A stretch of DNA of 64,000 nt from Bacillota bacterium (GTDB lineage Bacteria; Bacillota; Ch66; Ch109): NCBI GenBank assembly GCA_050952625.1, contig JBMNLH010000001.1, positions 576,001 through 640,000 on the forward strand. The letters run 5' to 3'. Each line of letters starts with the position of its first letter. The first letter of the stretch is position 1. Below, piece by piece: positions 52,019-63,497 of this stretch. A program made the position numbers and the translations under genes. Under the pieces are notes generated by a model. The model was not told the DNA's origin. It did not search any database and saw only the letters and a program-made list of their open reading frames with translations.

Positions 52019-53779
52019 TTGCCGAATCATTTCCCTATGATTAATGTTGAAACACGTTGGACAACGAAGCGTTTTTCTAGGCTTCCTCAGGTAGCCGGCT
52101 TATCACCCGCCTTAATTAGAATTTTGTTGTCTCGGGGAGTAACTCCAGAACGGATGCCTGATTTTATAAATGGCGGGGTTTCGCTTATTCGCCCTTCGGT
52201 TGCCTTACCGGCAGTCACTGAGGCTGTCGCGAGGATTCGCGAGGCTTTGGCTAAAGGGATGGCGATTACGATCGTCGGGGATTATGATGTTGATGGCATC
52301 ACGGCCAGTGTGCTTCTGTATGAAGTTTTGAACGAATTGGGGACAAAGGCTGAGATTATTATTCCTGACCGCCGGCGAGATGGCTACGGCATCTCAGTTG
52401 AGATAGTTGAACGAATTGCTAACGGTTCTTCAGGTAAAAGTCGGTTGATTATTACGGTGGATAACGGTTCAAATGCCCGGGAGGCAATTGCCAGAGCATT
52501 TGAATTAGGTCTTGAAGTGATCGTGACAGACCACCATGCGGTGACTGATCCTCCTGAGTCAGTGGTTATGGTTAATCCCAATAACCCGTGCCAGCCGTAC
52601 GTTTTCAAGGGTTTATCCGGGGTAGGGGTGGCCTGGAAAATAGCCCGGGAACTTTTAGATTCGGTCGGTCATCCGCAAAAGGCCTGGCACTATTTAGATT
52701 TAGTGGCTTTAGGGACAATCGCCGATGTTAGTCCCTTGATCGATGAGAACCGGGCCCTCGTTAAACTTGGACTCCAGCAGTTAAGCCATCAAGGCCGACC
52801 AGGCATTAAAGAGTTAATTAAACTCCAGTTAGCCCCACCGCTTGAATCAACAAGACGCTAGCCCTTTTCAGGATTCTAACGAGAAAATGGGTCTAAATTT
52901 AACCGCCTATGACGTTGGGATGTATTTAACACCCTGCCTTAACGCGGCAGGCAGAATTGGCGATGTTCAGGATGCGGTTAACCTGTTGTTGTGTCAGGAT
53001 CCGCCGGAAGCTTCTCGAATCGCCAATTTACTGGTGGCTTTAAATCAGGAGCGGAAGCTGCTTACAGAACAGGGGGTGAAGGCAGCCATTGAGCTTATGC
53101 CTCAGGAAGAAGGAATCCCTAGGATCATCTGTCTTCCCCTGCCGGATTTAGATGAATCGATTTGCGGGTTGGTTGCTGGAAGAATAAAAGATGCCTTTTA
53201 TCGGCCGACCCTAGTTTTTACTCGGACTCGCGATAAGGGCTGGAAGGGATCCGGTCGATCTGGTGGCTGGATTTGACCTGACTTCCCTATTGAAATCTAT
53301 TTCCTATCTAAAAGGAGGGGGACATGCACAAGCCTGCGGTTTTCATTTCGCGAGCGAGGATGTAGACGCCTTTCTTCAGGCCGTTAAAACTTTCAGCGAA
53401 GATCATCTGCCCCTTCAGCTATTTACCCGGGTGATTCCGGTTGATTTGCCAGTTGAACCAAGTGAGGTTACCCCGGCTTTAGTGAGAGAAATCAAACAAC
53501 TGGAACCGTTCGGGGCTGGTTGGGAAGAACCCGTGATTGGTCTGCGGGGAATTAGTGTTTCTGGCGGGACCGATGGGTAAGAATGGCGATCACCTCCGTT
53601 TGCGCTGTGACCGGAGCGGTTTGGTTTTTAAGGGGTGGGGTAAGCATAAACAGTATCAGTTGCTTGGGTGCCCTCGAATAATGGATATTATTGGCCGAGC
53701 AAGGTGCAACCTTTGGAACAATCGGGTGTTCTCTGAAGTGGAAATCCTGGACTTTCGCGCTAATATTGACAAGGCCTAA
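52019..53779 (+). CDS. recJ: single-stranded-DNA exonuclease RecJ, split by three frameshifts
   Basis: GDYDVDG, TVDNG, TDHH, GTIADV / P.LNAAGR / GGHAQACG, EPFG / HLRL across ORFs 52019, 52842, 53263 and 53537. Confidence 0.8.
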
Positions 53780-53795
53780 CCATCTAACATATTAT
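53766..53795 (+). promoter_or_regulatory. SigA-like promoter for relA
   Basis: TTGACA-N18-TATTAT. Confidence 0.5.
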
Positions 53796-54011
53796 GTAGG
53801 AAAATTATTGAGATATGAAGTTTAGTCGCAGCTGCTCTTACTCTGAATTTTTTTTCTATGCTCGTATTTTACTTGATCAGCAAATTTGGTTGGGAACGTT
53901 ACTAAATGATATAAACCGCCGATTACTGATACTAAAACCATTTAATTATTAAGCAGCGAGAAAACCGTCTTCTTGCTTCTAGAATAAAAACGAGAGAGGG
54001 GGCGAGTCTGG

Positions 54012-56185
54012 GTGCCGGTAACCAAACTGCTGGATAAAGTAAAGAGCTACTATAATGGAACGGATATTGAAATGATCCGCGAGGCTTACCTGTATGCTAA
54101 GGAAGCCCATGAAGGGCAGTTTCGCAATTCTGGTGAACCCTATATCGTCCATCCTCTTCGAGTGGCTTATACTTTGGCGGAATTAGAACTGGATGTCCCG
54201 ACAATCACGGCCGGCTTGCTGCATGATGTCCTGGAGGATACCTCAAAAACCATGTCTGAAATTGAGCGAAAGTTTGGGCCAGAGGTAGGCCAACTGGTTG
54301 ACGGGGTTACTAAGTTAAGTAAAATTGAATACAAATCCAAGGAAGAACAACAGGCGGAAAATTTGCGAAAAATGTTTCTGGCGATGGCCCGTGATATTCG
54401 GGTTATTTTGATCAAATTGGCTGACCGTTTACACAACATGCAGACCTTAAGGCATCATTCTGTAGAAAAGCAGAAATCTATCGCCAAGGAAACGTTAGAA
54501 ATATATGCCCCGTTGGCGCACCGTTTGGGTATTTTTCGTTTGAAATGGGAATTAGAGGATCTCTCCTTGAGATTTTTGGAACCAGAAAAATATTATGAAC
54601 TGGTAGAAAGAATTGCCGCCCGTCGGCAAGAGCGAGAAGAACAAATTAACCAGGTGATCGAGCGGTTAAAGACGCAGCTGACAGCTATTGGCATTAACGC
54701 TGATTTATCTGGCCGACCCAAGAATTTTTACAGTATTTATCAAAAAATGGTTACTCAGAATAAGGATTTAAGTGAAATTTTCGACCTGATGGCCATCAGA
54801 ATTATTGTCGATTCGGTTAAGGACTGTTACGGTACCCTGGGGATAGTCCACACCTTGTGGAAACCTTTTCCGGGCAGGTTTAAAGACTATATTGCGATGC
54901 CCAAACCGAATATGTACCAGTCACTGCACACGACAGTTATGGGGCCGCGCGGTGAGCCCTTTGAGATTCAGATTCGAACCTGGGAGATGCACCGGACCGC
55001 TGAATATGGGATTGCTGCCCACTGGATCTATAAAGAAGGCGGTAAGCAGGATAAGGATTTTGATAAGAAGGTCGCTTGGCTGCGCCAACTCTTAGAATGG
55101 CAATTGGAATTAAGAGATGCCCATGAATTTATGGAGTCGCTCAAGATAGATCTTTTTTCCGATGCTGTTTTTGTTTTTACGCCCAAGGGAGACGTCATTG
55201 AACTGCCGGCCGGGGCGATACCGATTGATTTTGCTTATCGAGTCCACAGTGAGATTGGGCATCGGTGTGTCGGTGCTCGGGTTAATGGTCGAATGGTCCC
55301 CCTGGATTATCGTTTGAATAACGGGGATATTGTGGAAATTATCACGTCCAAACAAAATAACCCCAGCCGTGATTGGTTGAATATGGTGAAAACTACTCAG
55401 TCTAAGACGCGAATCCGGCAATGGTTTAAACGGGAACAACGGAGGAGAATGCGGCCCGGGGTCGGGAGTCTTTAGAACGGGAAATCAAAAAGGTCGGTTC
55501 TGAACTAGCCGAATGGGCGAGAGGAGATAAGCTGCAGGAAGTTGCCCGCCGGTTTAATTTTCAATCAGTCGATGAGTTATATGCGGCGATAGGGGTTGGG
55601 ACCCTTACCTCTCTGCAGGTTCTAGGCCGGATTAAGGACGAATTCCAGAAAGAGCGCAAGTCCATCTCCGGCCAGGTGGAGGAATTACCAGCTTCCCCGG
55701 AGATTCGTCCCCGATCCAGACATAAGCGAACCTCTAAAGGGGTACATGTCCGTGGTCTGGATAACATGGCGATTCGGTTTGCCCACTGCTGCAATCCTTT
55801 GCCGGGGGACGCCATTGTCGGCTATATAACACGGGGGCGAGGGGTTTCCATCCATCGCGCTGATTGTCCCAACCTTCAAGGTTATTTGAGTAATGAGCCG
55901 GAGCGAATAATTGAGGTCTCTTGGAACGCTCAGGAACAACCAGGTTATCAAGTGGAAATAGAGGTAAAGGCCATTGATCGTCCGAGGCTCACCACGGATG
56001 TCATGAATACTATCGCCGATTCCCGAATTCCCATTAATTCAGTTTATGCTCGGGCCAATAAGCAGAAAATGGCCACAATTAACCTAACTTTAGAGATTCC
56101 CAATGTAGACCATTTACAATCAATTCTCCAAAAGATTAAACGGGTTAATAATGTAATGGAGGTCAGGCGCGTCTTGCCGACCTAG
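54012..56185 (+). CDS. relA: bifunctional (p)ppGpp synthetase/hydrolase Rel; one frameshift near 55441
   Basis: H.GQ.R.SGEPY..HP, LLHDV.ED, YQSLHT and a TGS domain. Adding one G near 55441 restores REQREENAARGRESL and links to CCNPLPGD and the ACT domain. Confidence 0.92.
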
Positions 56186-56223
56186 ACCTATTAGATTAAA
56201 AATAATATCGAGGTGGCGATAGA

Positions 56224-56673
56224 TTGCGGGCAGTAGTGCAGCGGGTGCGTGAGGCTCGGGTAACGGTTGATGATGAGTTAATCGCGAGCATTGGTGAGGG
56301 ACTGGTTGTCCTGTTGGGGGTGAAACATGGGGACAATTCTAGCGATGTACAATACTTGGTCGATAAAATAGCCAATTTAAGGGTATTCGAAGATGATAAC
56401 GGCAAAATGAATCTGTCAGCCCTCGAATTAGCGAAAGAGGTACTAGTGGTTTCTCAGTTTACCCTTTATGGCGACTGTCGTAAAGGACGCCGACCAAGCT
56501 TTACAGAGGCTGCCGATCCCACAGAAGCTAATGCTTTATACCGGCAATTGGTAGAAAGCTTAACGAAGTTGGGGCTTAAGGTTCAGACCGGTCAGTTTCA
56601 AGCTCAGATGCTGGTTGAGATATTTAATGATGGGCCGGTCACTTTACTATTGGATAGCTCGCGAATGATCTAA
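56224..56673 (+). CDS. dtd: D-aminoacyl-tRNA deacylase
   Basis: RAVVQRV, SQFTL, GRRPSF and NDGPVT. Confidence 0.95.
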   Translation: MRAVVQRVREARVTVDDELIASIGEGLVVLLGVKHGDNSSDVQYLVDKIANLRVFEDDNGKMNLSALELAKEVLVVSQFTLYGDCRKGRRPSFTEAADPTEANALYRQLVESLTKLGLKVQTGQFQAQMLVEIFNDGPVTLLLDSSRMI

Positions 56674-56732
56674 TTTAATAATCCGATACAATAAGGCTAA
56701 GAAAATAAGGTTAAGCAGCGGAGGTAAGAATA

Positions 56733-57368
56733 ATGATTCTGTTGGGTATGGAAGTAGGGCAATTAGGGACAAATTGCTATATTGTTGGTTGTGAGGAAAG
56801 TCGTGAAGCAGCGGTTATTGATCCTGGGGGGGATGCCTTGAAAATATTAAAGTTTCTAGAGCGTAATAATTTAAAATTAACCCATATTATCAATACCCAT
56901 GGTCATATCGATCATATTGGGGGTAACCGAACCCTAAAAGAGCAAACGCAAGCTGAGTTAATTATTCATGAAGAGGATGCTTCGATGCTTACTAGTGCCG
57001 GCCGTAATCTGTCTCTCTTTTCCGGCATGGTCATGAGCGGGCCAGCCGCTGATCGGACGGTTAAAGAAGGCGATAAGATCAAAGTTGGCAATACCGTGGT
57101 GTTAGAGGTTATTCATACCCCCGGCCATACTCCCGGCGGTATATCTCTAAAATTAGAAGTAGATGGCAAGAACATCTTATTTGTCGGTGATACCCTTTTT
57201 AACGGCAGTATCGGCCGCACTGATTTCCCAGGCGGATCATACCGGCAATTAATTGAATCAATCCAACAAAAGATAATGGTGTTTCCTGATGAGACCGAGG
57301 TTTACCCGGGGCATGGCCCAGGCACTAAAGTTGGCTTTGAGCGTAAGAGCAATCCGTTCTTGGTATAA
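56733..57368 (+). CDS. MBL-fold metallo-hydrolase (YcbL/GloB-like)
   Basis: THGHIDHIGG, TPGHTPG, GDTLF and PGHG. Confidence 0.9.
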   Translation: MILLGMEVGQLGTNCYIVGCEESREAAVIDPGGDALKILKFLERNNLKLTHIINTHGHIDHIGGNRTLKEQTQAELIIHEEDASMLTSAGRNLSLFSGMVMSGPAADRTVKEGDKIKVGNTVVLEVIHTPGHTPGGISLKLEVDGKNILFVGDTLFNGSIGRTDFPGGSYRQLIESIQQKIMVFPDETEVYPGHGPGTKVGFERKSNPFLV

Positions 57369-57432
57369 TAAAGCATATATTATATATTATTATATATTAA
57401 ATAATCATTAAATCAGAAAGGGGTTTTCTTAA

Positions 57433-57549
57433 ATGTTAGATATTGAGAATATCGAATTGTTTTTAGCTTCTTTGTCAGAAGAAGACCTCAAAGAGGAAGA
57501 CGAAATCACTCCTAATAAAGCTGACAAAGAAGTTGAGGAAAAGGAATAG
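57433..57549 (+). CDS. 38-aa acidic peptide (below the ORF-track cutoff)
   Basis: An AGAAAGGGG RBS precedes MLDIENIELFLASLSEEDLKEEDEITPNKADKEVEEKE*. Confidence 0.45.
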   Translation: MLDIENIELFLASLSEEDLKEEDEITPNKADKEVEEKE

Positions 57550-57581
57550 GAATGGGGCGCGTTTATTAGAGTCAAAGAAGA

Positions 57582-59299
57582 GTGGGAGATAATTGTGTTT
57601 GGTTTGAGAAACGAGGTTTAATTTTGAAACTACGGGTTAAGGCACCAAAAGAATACTATCTTAAAGTGGTGGCGGACCTAGTCCGTCTTTTCTTTCCTCG
57701 GGTAGAAATTATCGGCTTAGTTGACCAACGTCTGGACGATTTATTTACTCCAGCGGCGGGGGAAGAAGAAATCCAGCAAGGGTGAAGGTCTGCTCTGTTT
57801 TGCAGAAGTAATCAAAACAGACAGAGTAAAGAAGAGAAACAGATGAGGAGCGGGAGAACGCGGTATTGGATCCAGCCAGTCGGACATTGGTCGTTTCGCT
57901 GCAGATGCCGGGTAAAAGGGCAGTGGCCCGGGTGCCGATTCCGAAACTAATTCCCGGGGATGAGTCGGTTAATGTCCGCCGTCGTCTAATCCGGCGCGCT
58001 ACTTTACAGGTGTTGGAAGAAATCACCGGCCAGTCGGCCGGACCCTGGGGAATCCTAACAGGCATCCGACCCACTAAGATTGTGCATCGTCGCCTGGATC
58101 AGGGCTGGGAAGCAGAGCAAGTGGCGGATGAATTATGCCGGGACTACCGGCTTGAACCAACCAAGGCCAAATTGCTGGTGCAAGTAGCCCAACGGCAGCG
58201 GCCATTTCTTCTATCCCGGGCGGCAGCTAGCCGGTTGGTTAGCGTATACATTGGCATTCCTTTTTGTCCTACCCGCTGCTTGTACTGCTCCTTTCCTGGT
58301 TATCCTTTGCCCCGAAACGGCCAGATAGTGGGGGCTTTTTTGCAGGCCCTGCTCCAAGAGATTCAGTGCGTGGGAGCCGAGCTCCAGCATCAGGGAATAG
58401 GGGTTCAGTCGATTTATGTGGGTGGAGGCACCCCGACCTCGCTGACCGCTGATCAGTTGCGGCAGCTTTTATTTGCGTTGCGAGAGAACCTGCCTTTCTC
58501 CAGAATCAAGCAGCAGCAAACAACCAAAACAAACCTAGGCGATATTTGCCGGAAAAATGAGGTCACACCGACCGGAGAACCTCCTCTTGCCAAGATTGGT
58601 GAGTTCACCGTCGAGGCCGGGCGGCCAGATACTTTAGATCAGGCGCGGTTAGCCGCTATGCAAGAAGCCGGGGTCAATCGGCTTAGTATTAATCCCCAAA
58701 CCATGCAGGATAAGACTCTGCGTTTAATTGGCCGGCCACATTCGGCAGCAGATACCGAGCACGCCTTCGAGTTAGCGCGTCGGTTTGGTTTTTCCTTTAT
58801 CAATATGGATGTTATACTAGGCCTGCCGGGAGAAACGAGCGGCGATGTGGCGGTTACCCTGGAGAAGATTGGCCAATTAGGGCCAGAAAATCTTTCCGTG
58901 CATACGCTGGCCATCAAGCGTGCCTCCCGCTTGAATGAGCAGCGCGAACAGTGGGTCCTGCCCGGGGTGGAGGAGGTTGAAGCCATGGTTCAAATCAGCC
59001 AGGCAGCAGCGGTGAGTCAGGGAATGGAGCCTTATTATCTTTACCGCCAAAAGCATATTTTGGGTAATCTAGAGAACGTCGGCTATTGCCGACCGGGTTG
59101 GGAGAGCGTTTATAATATTCAGGTGATGGAAGAGCGGCAGACAATCATTGGTTTGGGGGGTGGTGCCGGCTCAAAGTGGCTTAATCCGGCGGATTGGACC
59201 CTAACCAATACCTATAACTCAAAAGATCCCCTGGACTATATCCAGCGGATTGATGAGATCATTCGCAAGAAAATTGACAGAATTCAAGGTCTGAGTTAG
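57582..59299 (+). CDS. hemZ: HemZ-family radical SAM protein; N-terminus frameshifted
   Basis: PWGILTGIRPTK, GIPFCPTRCLYCSF, GGGTPT, EAGRPD and PYYLYRQK; conserved position before hisS. Confidence 0.85.
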
Positions 59300-59302
59300 A
59301 AT
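59274..59302 (+). promoter_or_regulatory. SigA promoter for the T-box hisS-aspS leader
   Basis: TTGACA-N17-TAGAAT. Confidence 0.65.
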
Positions 59303-59324
59303 ACATGGTAGTTATTGACTTAGT

Positions 59325-59366
59325 TAACCGCCCATGCCTCAAGGACCTAACCACCTATGAAAATAG
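59325..59366 (-). repeat. family-B 43-bp repeat
   Basis: TAACCGCCCATGCCTCAAGGACCTAACCACCTATGAAAATAG. Confidence 0.7.
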
Positions 59367-59404
59367 GTTTTTATAAATAAGTGACCTAGGCTACATCCTT
59401 TGAA

Positions 59405-59685
59405 CAGCCAGGAACAGGAGCAGTAAGCCGGAGTCAGAAGCTTTTACAGGGAGAGAATGCCGTGACTGCAAGCATTCTCAGAGCTTTCCGCTGAAGAACA
59501 CCTGGGAGCTGGTCCTTTGAAAATAACCGTCCAGGTTAATGAGTAGTAGGATCCGGATAGCTACCGTTATCAGCTTAATAAGGGGGATAACTGTCTGGTT
59601 ATCCAATCAGGGTGGCACCGCGAGAGAAGCCTTTCGTCCCTGCACGAACTAATCCTTTGTGCGAGGAAGAGGGGTTTATTTTTTT
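59405..59685 (+). ncRNA. T-box riboswitch, probable His (CAC) specifier
   Basis: AGCAGTA, CAGGGAG..GACTGCAAG, GAACAC specifier loop, AGTAG, CCGTTA, T-box CAGGGTGGCACCGCG and a downstream T-tract terminator. Confidence 0.85.
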
Positions 59686-59697
59686 GGAGGTGATTTG

Positions 59698-61005
59698 ATG
59701 CTGGTTAATCGACCCCGCGGAACAAATGATATTCTGCCCGGCCAAGCGGAAAAATGGCGGTATTTGGAGGAGCAAATCCGACAAATATGTTTTGAATACG
59801 GATTTGGCGAGATTCGGACCCCCATCTTTGAGCAGACCGAGCTGTTTCAACGGGGAGTAGGGGAAACCACTGATGTAGTGGAAAAAGAAATGTATACCTT
59901 TCTGGATAAAGGAGAAACCAGCTTAACCCTACGGCCGGAAGGGACCGCGTCAACCGTGCGGGCTTTCGTGGAAAATGGCCTGTATGGACAGCCATTGCCA
60001 GTTAAGCTGTACTACCTGGGGCCCATGTTTCGCTATGACCGGCCTCAGGCGGGACGTTTTCGGCAGTTTCACCAGTTTGGGGTAGAGGTTTTAGGTTCTC
60101 AGGATCCGTTGCTGGATGCCGAAGTAATGATCATGGCCATGGACCTTTACCAGCGACTGGGTTTAAGCAACCTGGAACTGCATCTAAACAGTGTCGGCTG
60201 TCCCGTCTGTCGTCAAAAGCATCGCTCAGCCCTGCGAGAATTTCTGGTTCCTCGGGAGAATGCGTTGTGTGACAACTGCCGTCGCCGTTTGGAACGCAAC
60301 CCGATGCGAGTGCTTGATTGCAAGGGCGAAAAGTGTCAGGAAGCCAGTGCTGGTGCCCCCGCCACCCTGCATCACCTTTGCCCGGATTGTGCCGGACACT
60401 TTCAGATAGTCAGAGAGGCCTTGGACGAGTTGGCGATTCCTTATGTCGTAAATGAACGACTGGTGCGGGGTTTGGATTATTATACTCAGACGGCCTTTGA
60501 GATAATTGCCCCCGGGATTGGCGCGCAAAATTCAATTGGCGGCGGTGGTCGCTATGATGGGTTGGTTGAGGAAATTGGCGGTCCGCCAACTCCAGGGGTT
60601 GGTTTCGCTCTGGGGTTGGAGAGAATTCTCCTGGCTTTGGAGCTTCAGGGAGTAGAATTACCAACGGGAAGTCAATTAAACATTTTTATCAGTACTCTAG
60701 GGGCTGAGGCCCGAAAAACAGCTTTTGATCTGATGACTCGGCTGCGCCGGCTGGGCTTGGCCGTGAATATGGATTACCTGGGACGAAGCTTAAAGGCCCA
60801 GATGAAGCAGGCTGGCAAAAGCGGGGCCCAGTTTGTCGTTATTGTTGGGGGAGAAGAGCTGGAACGACAGGCTGTTACGGTGCGGGATATGGCTGCCGGT
60901 CAGCAGACAGAGGTTGCTCTAGTTGATATCGGAGAGTTCATGGCGGAAAGGCTCGAAGGCCATGTCCGGCTTTTCTCTAGACGCCGGGCCTTAAGAATTA
61001 AATAA
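59698..61005 (+). CDS. hisS: histidyl-tRNA synthetase
   Basis: PRGT.D, LRPEGTA, FRYDRPQAGRFRQFHQ, LVRGLDYY and GGGRYD. ATG 59698 follows GGAGGTG. Confidence 0.96.
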   Translation: MLVNRPRGTNDILPGQAEKWRYLEEQIRQICFEYGFGEIRTPIFEQTELFQRGVGETTDVVEKEMYTFLDKGETSLTLRPEGTASTVRAFVENGLYGQPLPVKLYYLGPMFRYDRPQAGRFRQFHQFGVEVLGSQDPLLDAEVMIMAMDLYQRLGLSNLELHLNSVGCPVCRQKHRSALREFLVPRENALCDNCRRRLERNPMRVLDCKGEKCQEASAGAPATLHHLCPDCAGHFQIVREALDELAIPYVVNERLVRGLDYYTQTAFEIIAPGIGAQNSIGGGGRYDGLVEEIGGPPTPGVGFALGLERILLALELQGVELPTGSQLNIFISTLGAEARKTAFDLMTRLRRLGLAVNMDYLGRSLKAQMKQAGKSGAQFVVIVGGEELERQAVTVRDMAAGQQTEVALVDIGEFMAERLEGHVRLFSRRRALRIK

Positions 61006-61160
61006 TACCGACGAGGTTCGTTCTCAGTCTAATCGGCTGATCGGGTGAAAACACAAGCGTTAGTATTTTGGAGCAGCAGACTGCCCGGGACCGTAAACCT
61101 GTCCCCGTGTCCCACGTTGCCTAAGCAGATCAAATTTTAAAACAGGAGCTAAGGAGTGTA

Positions 61161-62978
61161 ATGGAGATGGCAGAAGCATTGTTAGGTTTAAAACGGACGC
61201 ACTGTTGCGGTGATCTTTCCGTAAGTGAAGCTGGCCAGCTTGTTTGTCTCATGGGTTGGGTCCAGACCAGACGCGACCACGGCGGGTTGATTTTTGTTGA
61301 TTTACGAGATCGTTCGGGACAGGTGCAGGTTGTTTTTAGTCCGGAAGTTGATCAAATTGCTTTTAATAAGGCAGAAACAGTCCGCAGTGAGTTTGTGGTC
61401 GCCATCGTGGGTGAGGTTAGACTGCGACCAGAAGGCACGGTTAATCCTAACCTGGCTACCGGAGAAATTGAGGTTTATGCTCGAGAACTACGCATATTAA
61501 ATCGCGCTAAAACACCCCCGTTCTATATTGAAGAGGATGTGGCGGTCGACGAGATGTTGCGTTTGCGTTACCGGTATCTTGATCTGCGCCGGCCAGAAAT
61601 GCAGCGGTCCCTGATCTTGCGGCACCGAGTCGCTAAAGCAATGCGCGATTTCCTTGATGCCCGAGGTTTTCTGGAGATTGAGACCCCGATGTTAACTAAA
61701 AGCACCCCGGAAGGAGCGCGCGATTACCTGGTGCCGAGCCGGGTTAATCCGGGTAATTTTTACGCCTTGCCGCAGTCACCGCAGATTTTTAAGCAGTTAT
61801 TGATGGTTTCGGGCTTTGAGCGGTACTTCCAGATTGTCCGTTGCTTCCGGGACGAAGACCTGCGGGCTGACCGGCAACCCGAGTTTACCCAGTTGGACCT
61901 GGAAATGTCCTTTATGGAACGAGATGAAATCCTGGATTTAATGGAGGAACTGGTGGCCTTTATCTTTAAAGACAGCCTGGGAGTAGACATTAAAACTCCT
62001 TTTCCGCGACTAACCTACCAGGAGGCCATGGAGCGTTACGGTTCAGATAAACCGGACTTGCGTTTTGGTCTGGAACTAAAAGACGTCGGCGATATTGTCC
62101 ATGATTGTCAATTCAAGGTGTTTGCTGGAGCTCTGGCGGCCGGAGGCCAGGTCAAAGGCTTATGTATTCCCGGTTGCGGCAACTATTCGCGGAAAGAGTT
62201 GGATGATTTAACGGCTCTAGCCGGTGTTTACGGGGCTAAAGGCTTGGCCTGGATGCTGTGCCAGGCCAATAACACTATTAAGTCCCCCATTGCTAAGTTT
62301 TTTACCGAAGAGCAATTGAATCAGCTTCAGGCCAGAATGGGCGCGCAACCGGGCGATCTATTATTATTTGTGGCTGATCAACCAGCGGTAGTAGCCGGAG
62401 CCTTGGGGCACCTGCGCCTGGAATTTGGTCGTCGGCTGAACCTCATCGATCCGAGGGAGTATAATTTTGCCTGGGTCATCGATTTCCCCTTACTAGAGTG
62501 GGATGTTGAAGAGAAACGCTGGGTAGCTATGCACCATCCCTTTACCTCGCCCCGGGATGAGGATGAACAATATCTGGAGACCGACCCCGGTCGGGTTTGC
62601 GCCAAAGCCTACGACCTTACCTTGAACGGAATTGAGGTCGGCGGAGGCAGTATCCGGATCCACCGTCGGGAGATTCAGGAACAAATGTTTAAATTGTTAG
62701 GGTTTACCCAGGAAGAGTCGATGGATAAATTTGGTTTTATGCTGGAAGCCTTCGAATATGGTACACCTCCCCACGGTGGAATTGCCTTTGGCCTTGATCG
62801 TTTAATCATGCTCATGGCCCAGCGCGAATCCATTCGGGATGTTATCGCTTTTCCAAAAACTGCCAGTGCAGTATGCCAAATGACCGGAGCTCCCGCAGCA
62901 GTTGTGCCGCAGCAGCTGCGAGAACTACATATTCGGTTAGACGGTTCCGCAAAGGCCCAACGTGGTGGGAAAAGCTAA
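61161..62978 (+). CDS. aspS: aspartyl-tRNA synthetase (HxxxN-type motif suggests possibly non-discriminating)
   Basis: [49 protein letters not shown] and PPHGG.AFG.DR. Confidence 0.96.
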   Translation: MEMAEALLGLKRTHCCGDLSVSEAGQLVCLMGWVQTRRDHGGLIFVDLRDRSGQVQVVFSPEVDQIAFNKAETVRSEFVVAIVGEVRLRPEGTVNPNLATGEIEVYARELRILNRAKTPPFYIEEDVAVDEMLRLRYRYLDLRRPEMQRSLILRHRVAKAMRDFLDARGFLEIETPMLTKSTPEGARDYLVPSRVNPGNFYALPQSPQIFKQLLMVSGFERYFQIVRCFRDEDLRADRQPEFTQLDLEMSFMERDEILDLMEELVAFIFKDSLGVDIKTPFPRLTYQEAMERYGSDKPDLRFGLELKDVGDIVHDCQFKVFAGALAAGGQVKGLCIPGCGNYSRKELDDLTALAGVYGAKGLAWMLCQANNTIKSPIAKFFTEEQLNQLQARMGAQPGDLLLFVADQPAVVAGALGHLRLEFGRRLNLIDPREYNFAWVIDFPLLEWDVEEKRWVAMHHPFTSPRDEDEQYLETDPGRVCAKAYDLTLNGIEVGGGSIRIHRREIQEQMFKLLGFTQEESMDKFGFMLEAFEYGTPPHGGIAFGLDRLIMLMAQRESIRDVIAFPKTASAVCQMTGAPAAVVPQQLRELHIRLDGSAKAQRGGKS

Positions 62979-63001
62979 ATCTTACGCACGCAATCATCAA
63001 C

Positions 63002-63030
63002 TTGAAAACCGATAACGGGTATGGTAGAAT
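63002..63030 (+). promoter_or_regulatory. SigA promoter of the 6S RNA
   Basis: TTGAAA-N17-TAGAAT with an extended TG. Confidence 0.6.
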
Positions 63031-63059
63031 AAGACTCGACAAAAGAAACTTGATCAAAA

Positions 63060-63236
63060 AACCCTACTGTGTTCGTGATCCTGCCGAGAGTGTTTTGAGC
63101 CAACACCAAAACATTAGGAGCCTGACTCTGTAAACCGCTGGTAAGCCTTCTGCGAGAGGACACTTAAAGTTTACAGGAGGGCACCAACCTGCGAGAGCAG
63201 GTTCAAAACATCGGCCCCACGGCATCGGTGGGGTTT
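63060..63236 (+). ncRNA. ssrS: 6S RNA
   Basis: Long rod with paired ends (ACCCTACTG/CGGTGGGGT; GTTTTGAGCC/GGTTCAAAAC) and central bubbles, located just downstream of aspS as in other Firmicutes. Confidence 0.8.
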
Positions 63237-63267
63237 TGGCGTTCGGAACGACTGCTGGCCGCCGACC

Positions 63268-63310
63268 GCTATTATTCATTGGTAGTTGTGTCCTTGAGGC
63301 ATGGGCGGTT
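63268..63310 (+). repeat. family-B 43-bp repeat
   Basis: GCTATTATTCATTGGTAGTTGTGTCCTTGAGGCATGGGCGGTT. Confidence 0.65.
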
Positions 63311-63497
63311 GGTACGATATAATTTAACAGATTATCAACCAAGAGCTGGGTTTAATTGCCTGGCTCTTAATGTTTTATGGCTCTTAATGTTTGATCTGTT
63401 TAAAAGCGTAAAATTTAGGAACCAAATTGACAAATTTCACGTTATACTATATAGCCAGAAGTATTTTAATTTAAAGAACTGAAGGAGGTTATAGGGC

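Noticed and set aside
62842-63482. Short ORFs downstream of aspS
   Set aside because: They overlap the 6S RNA, its promoter and a repeat.
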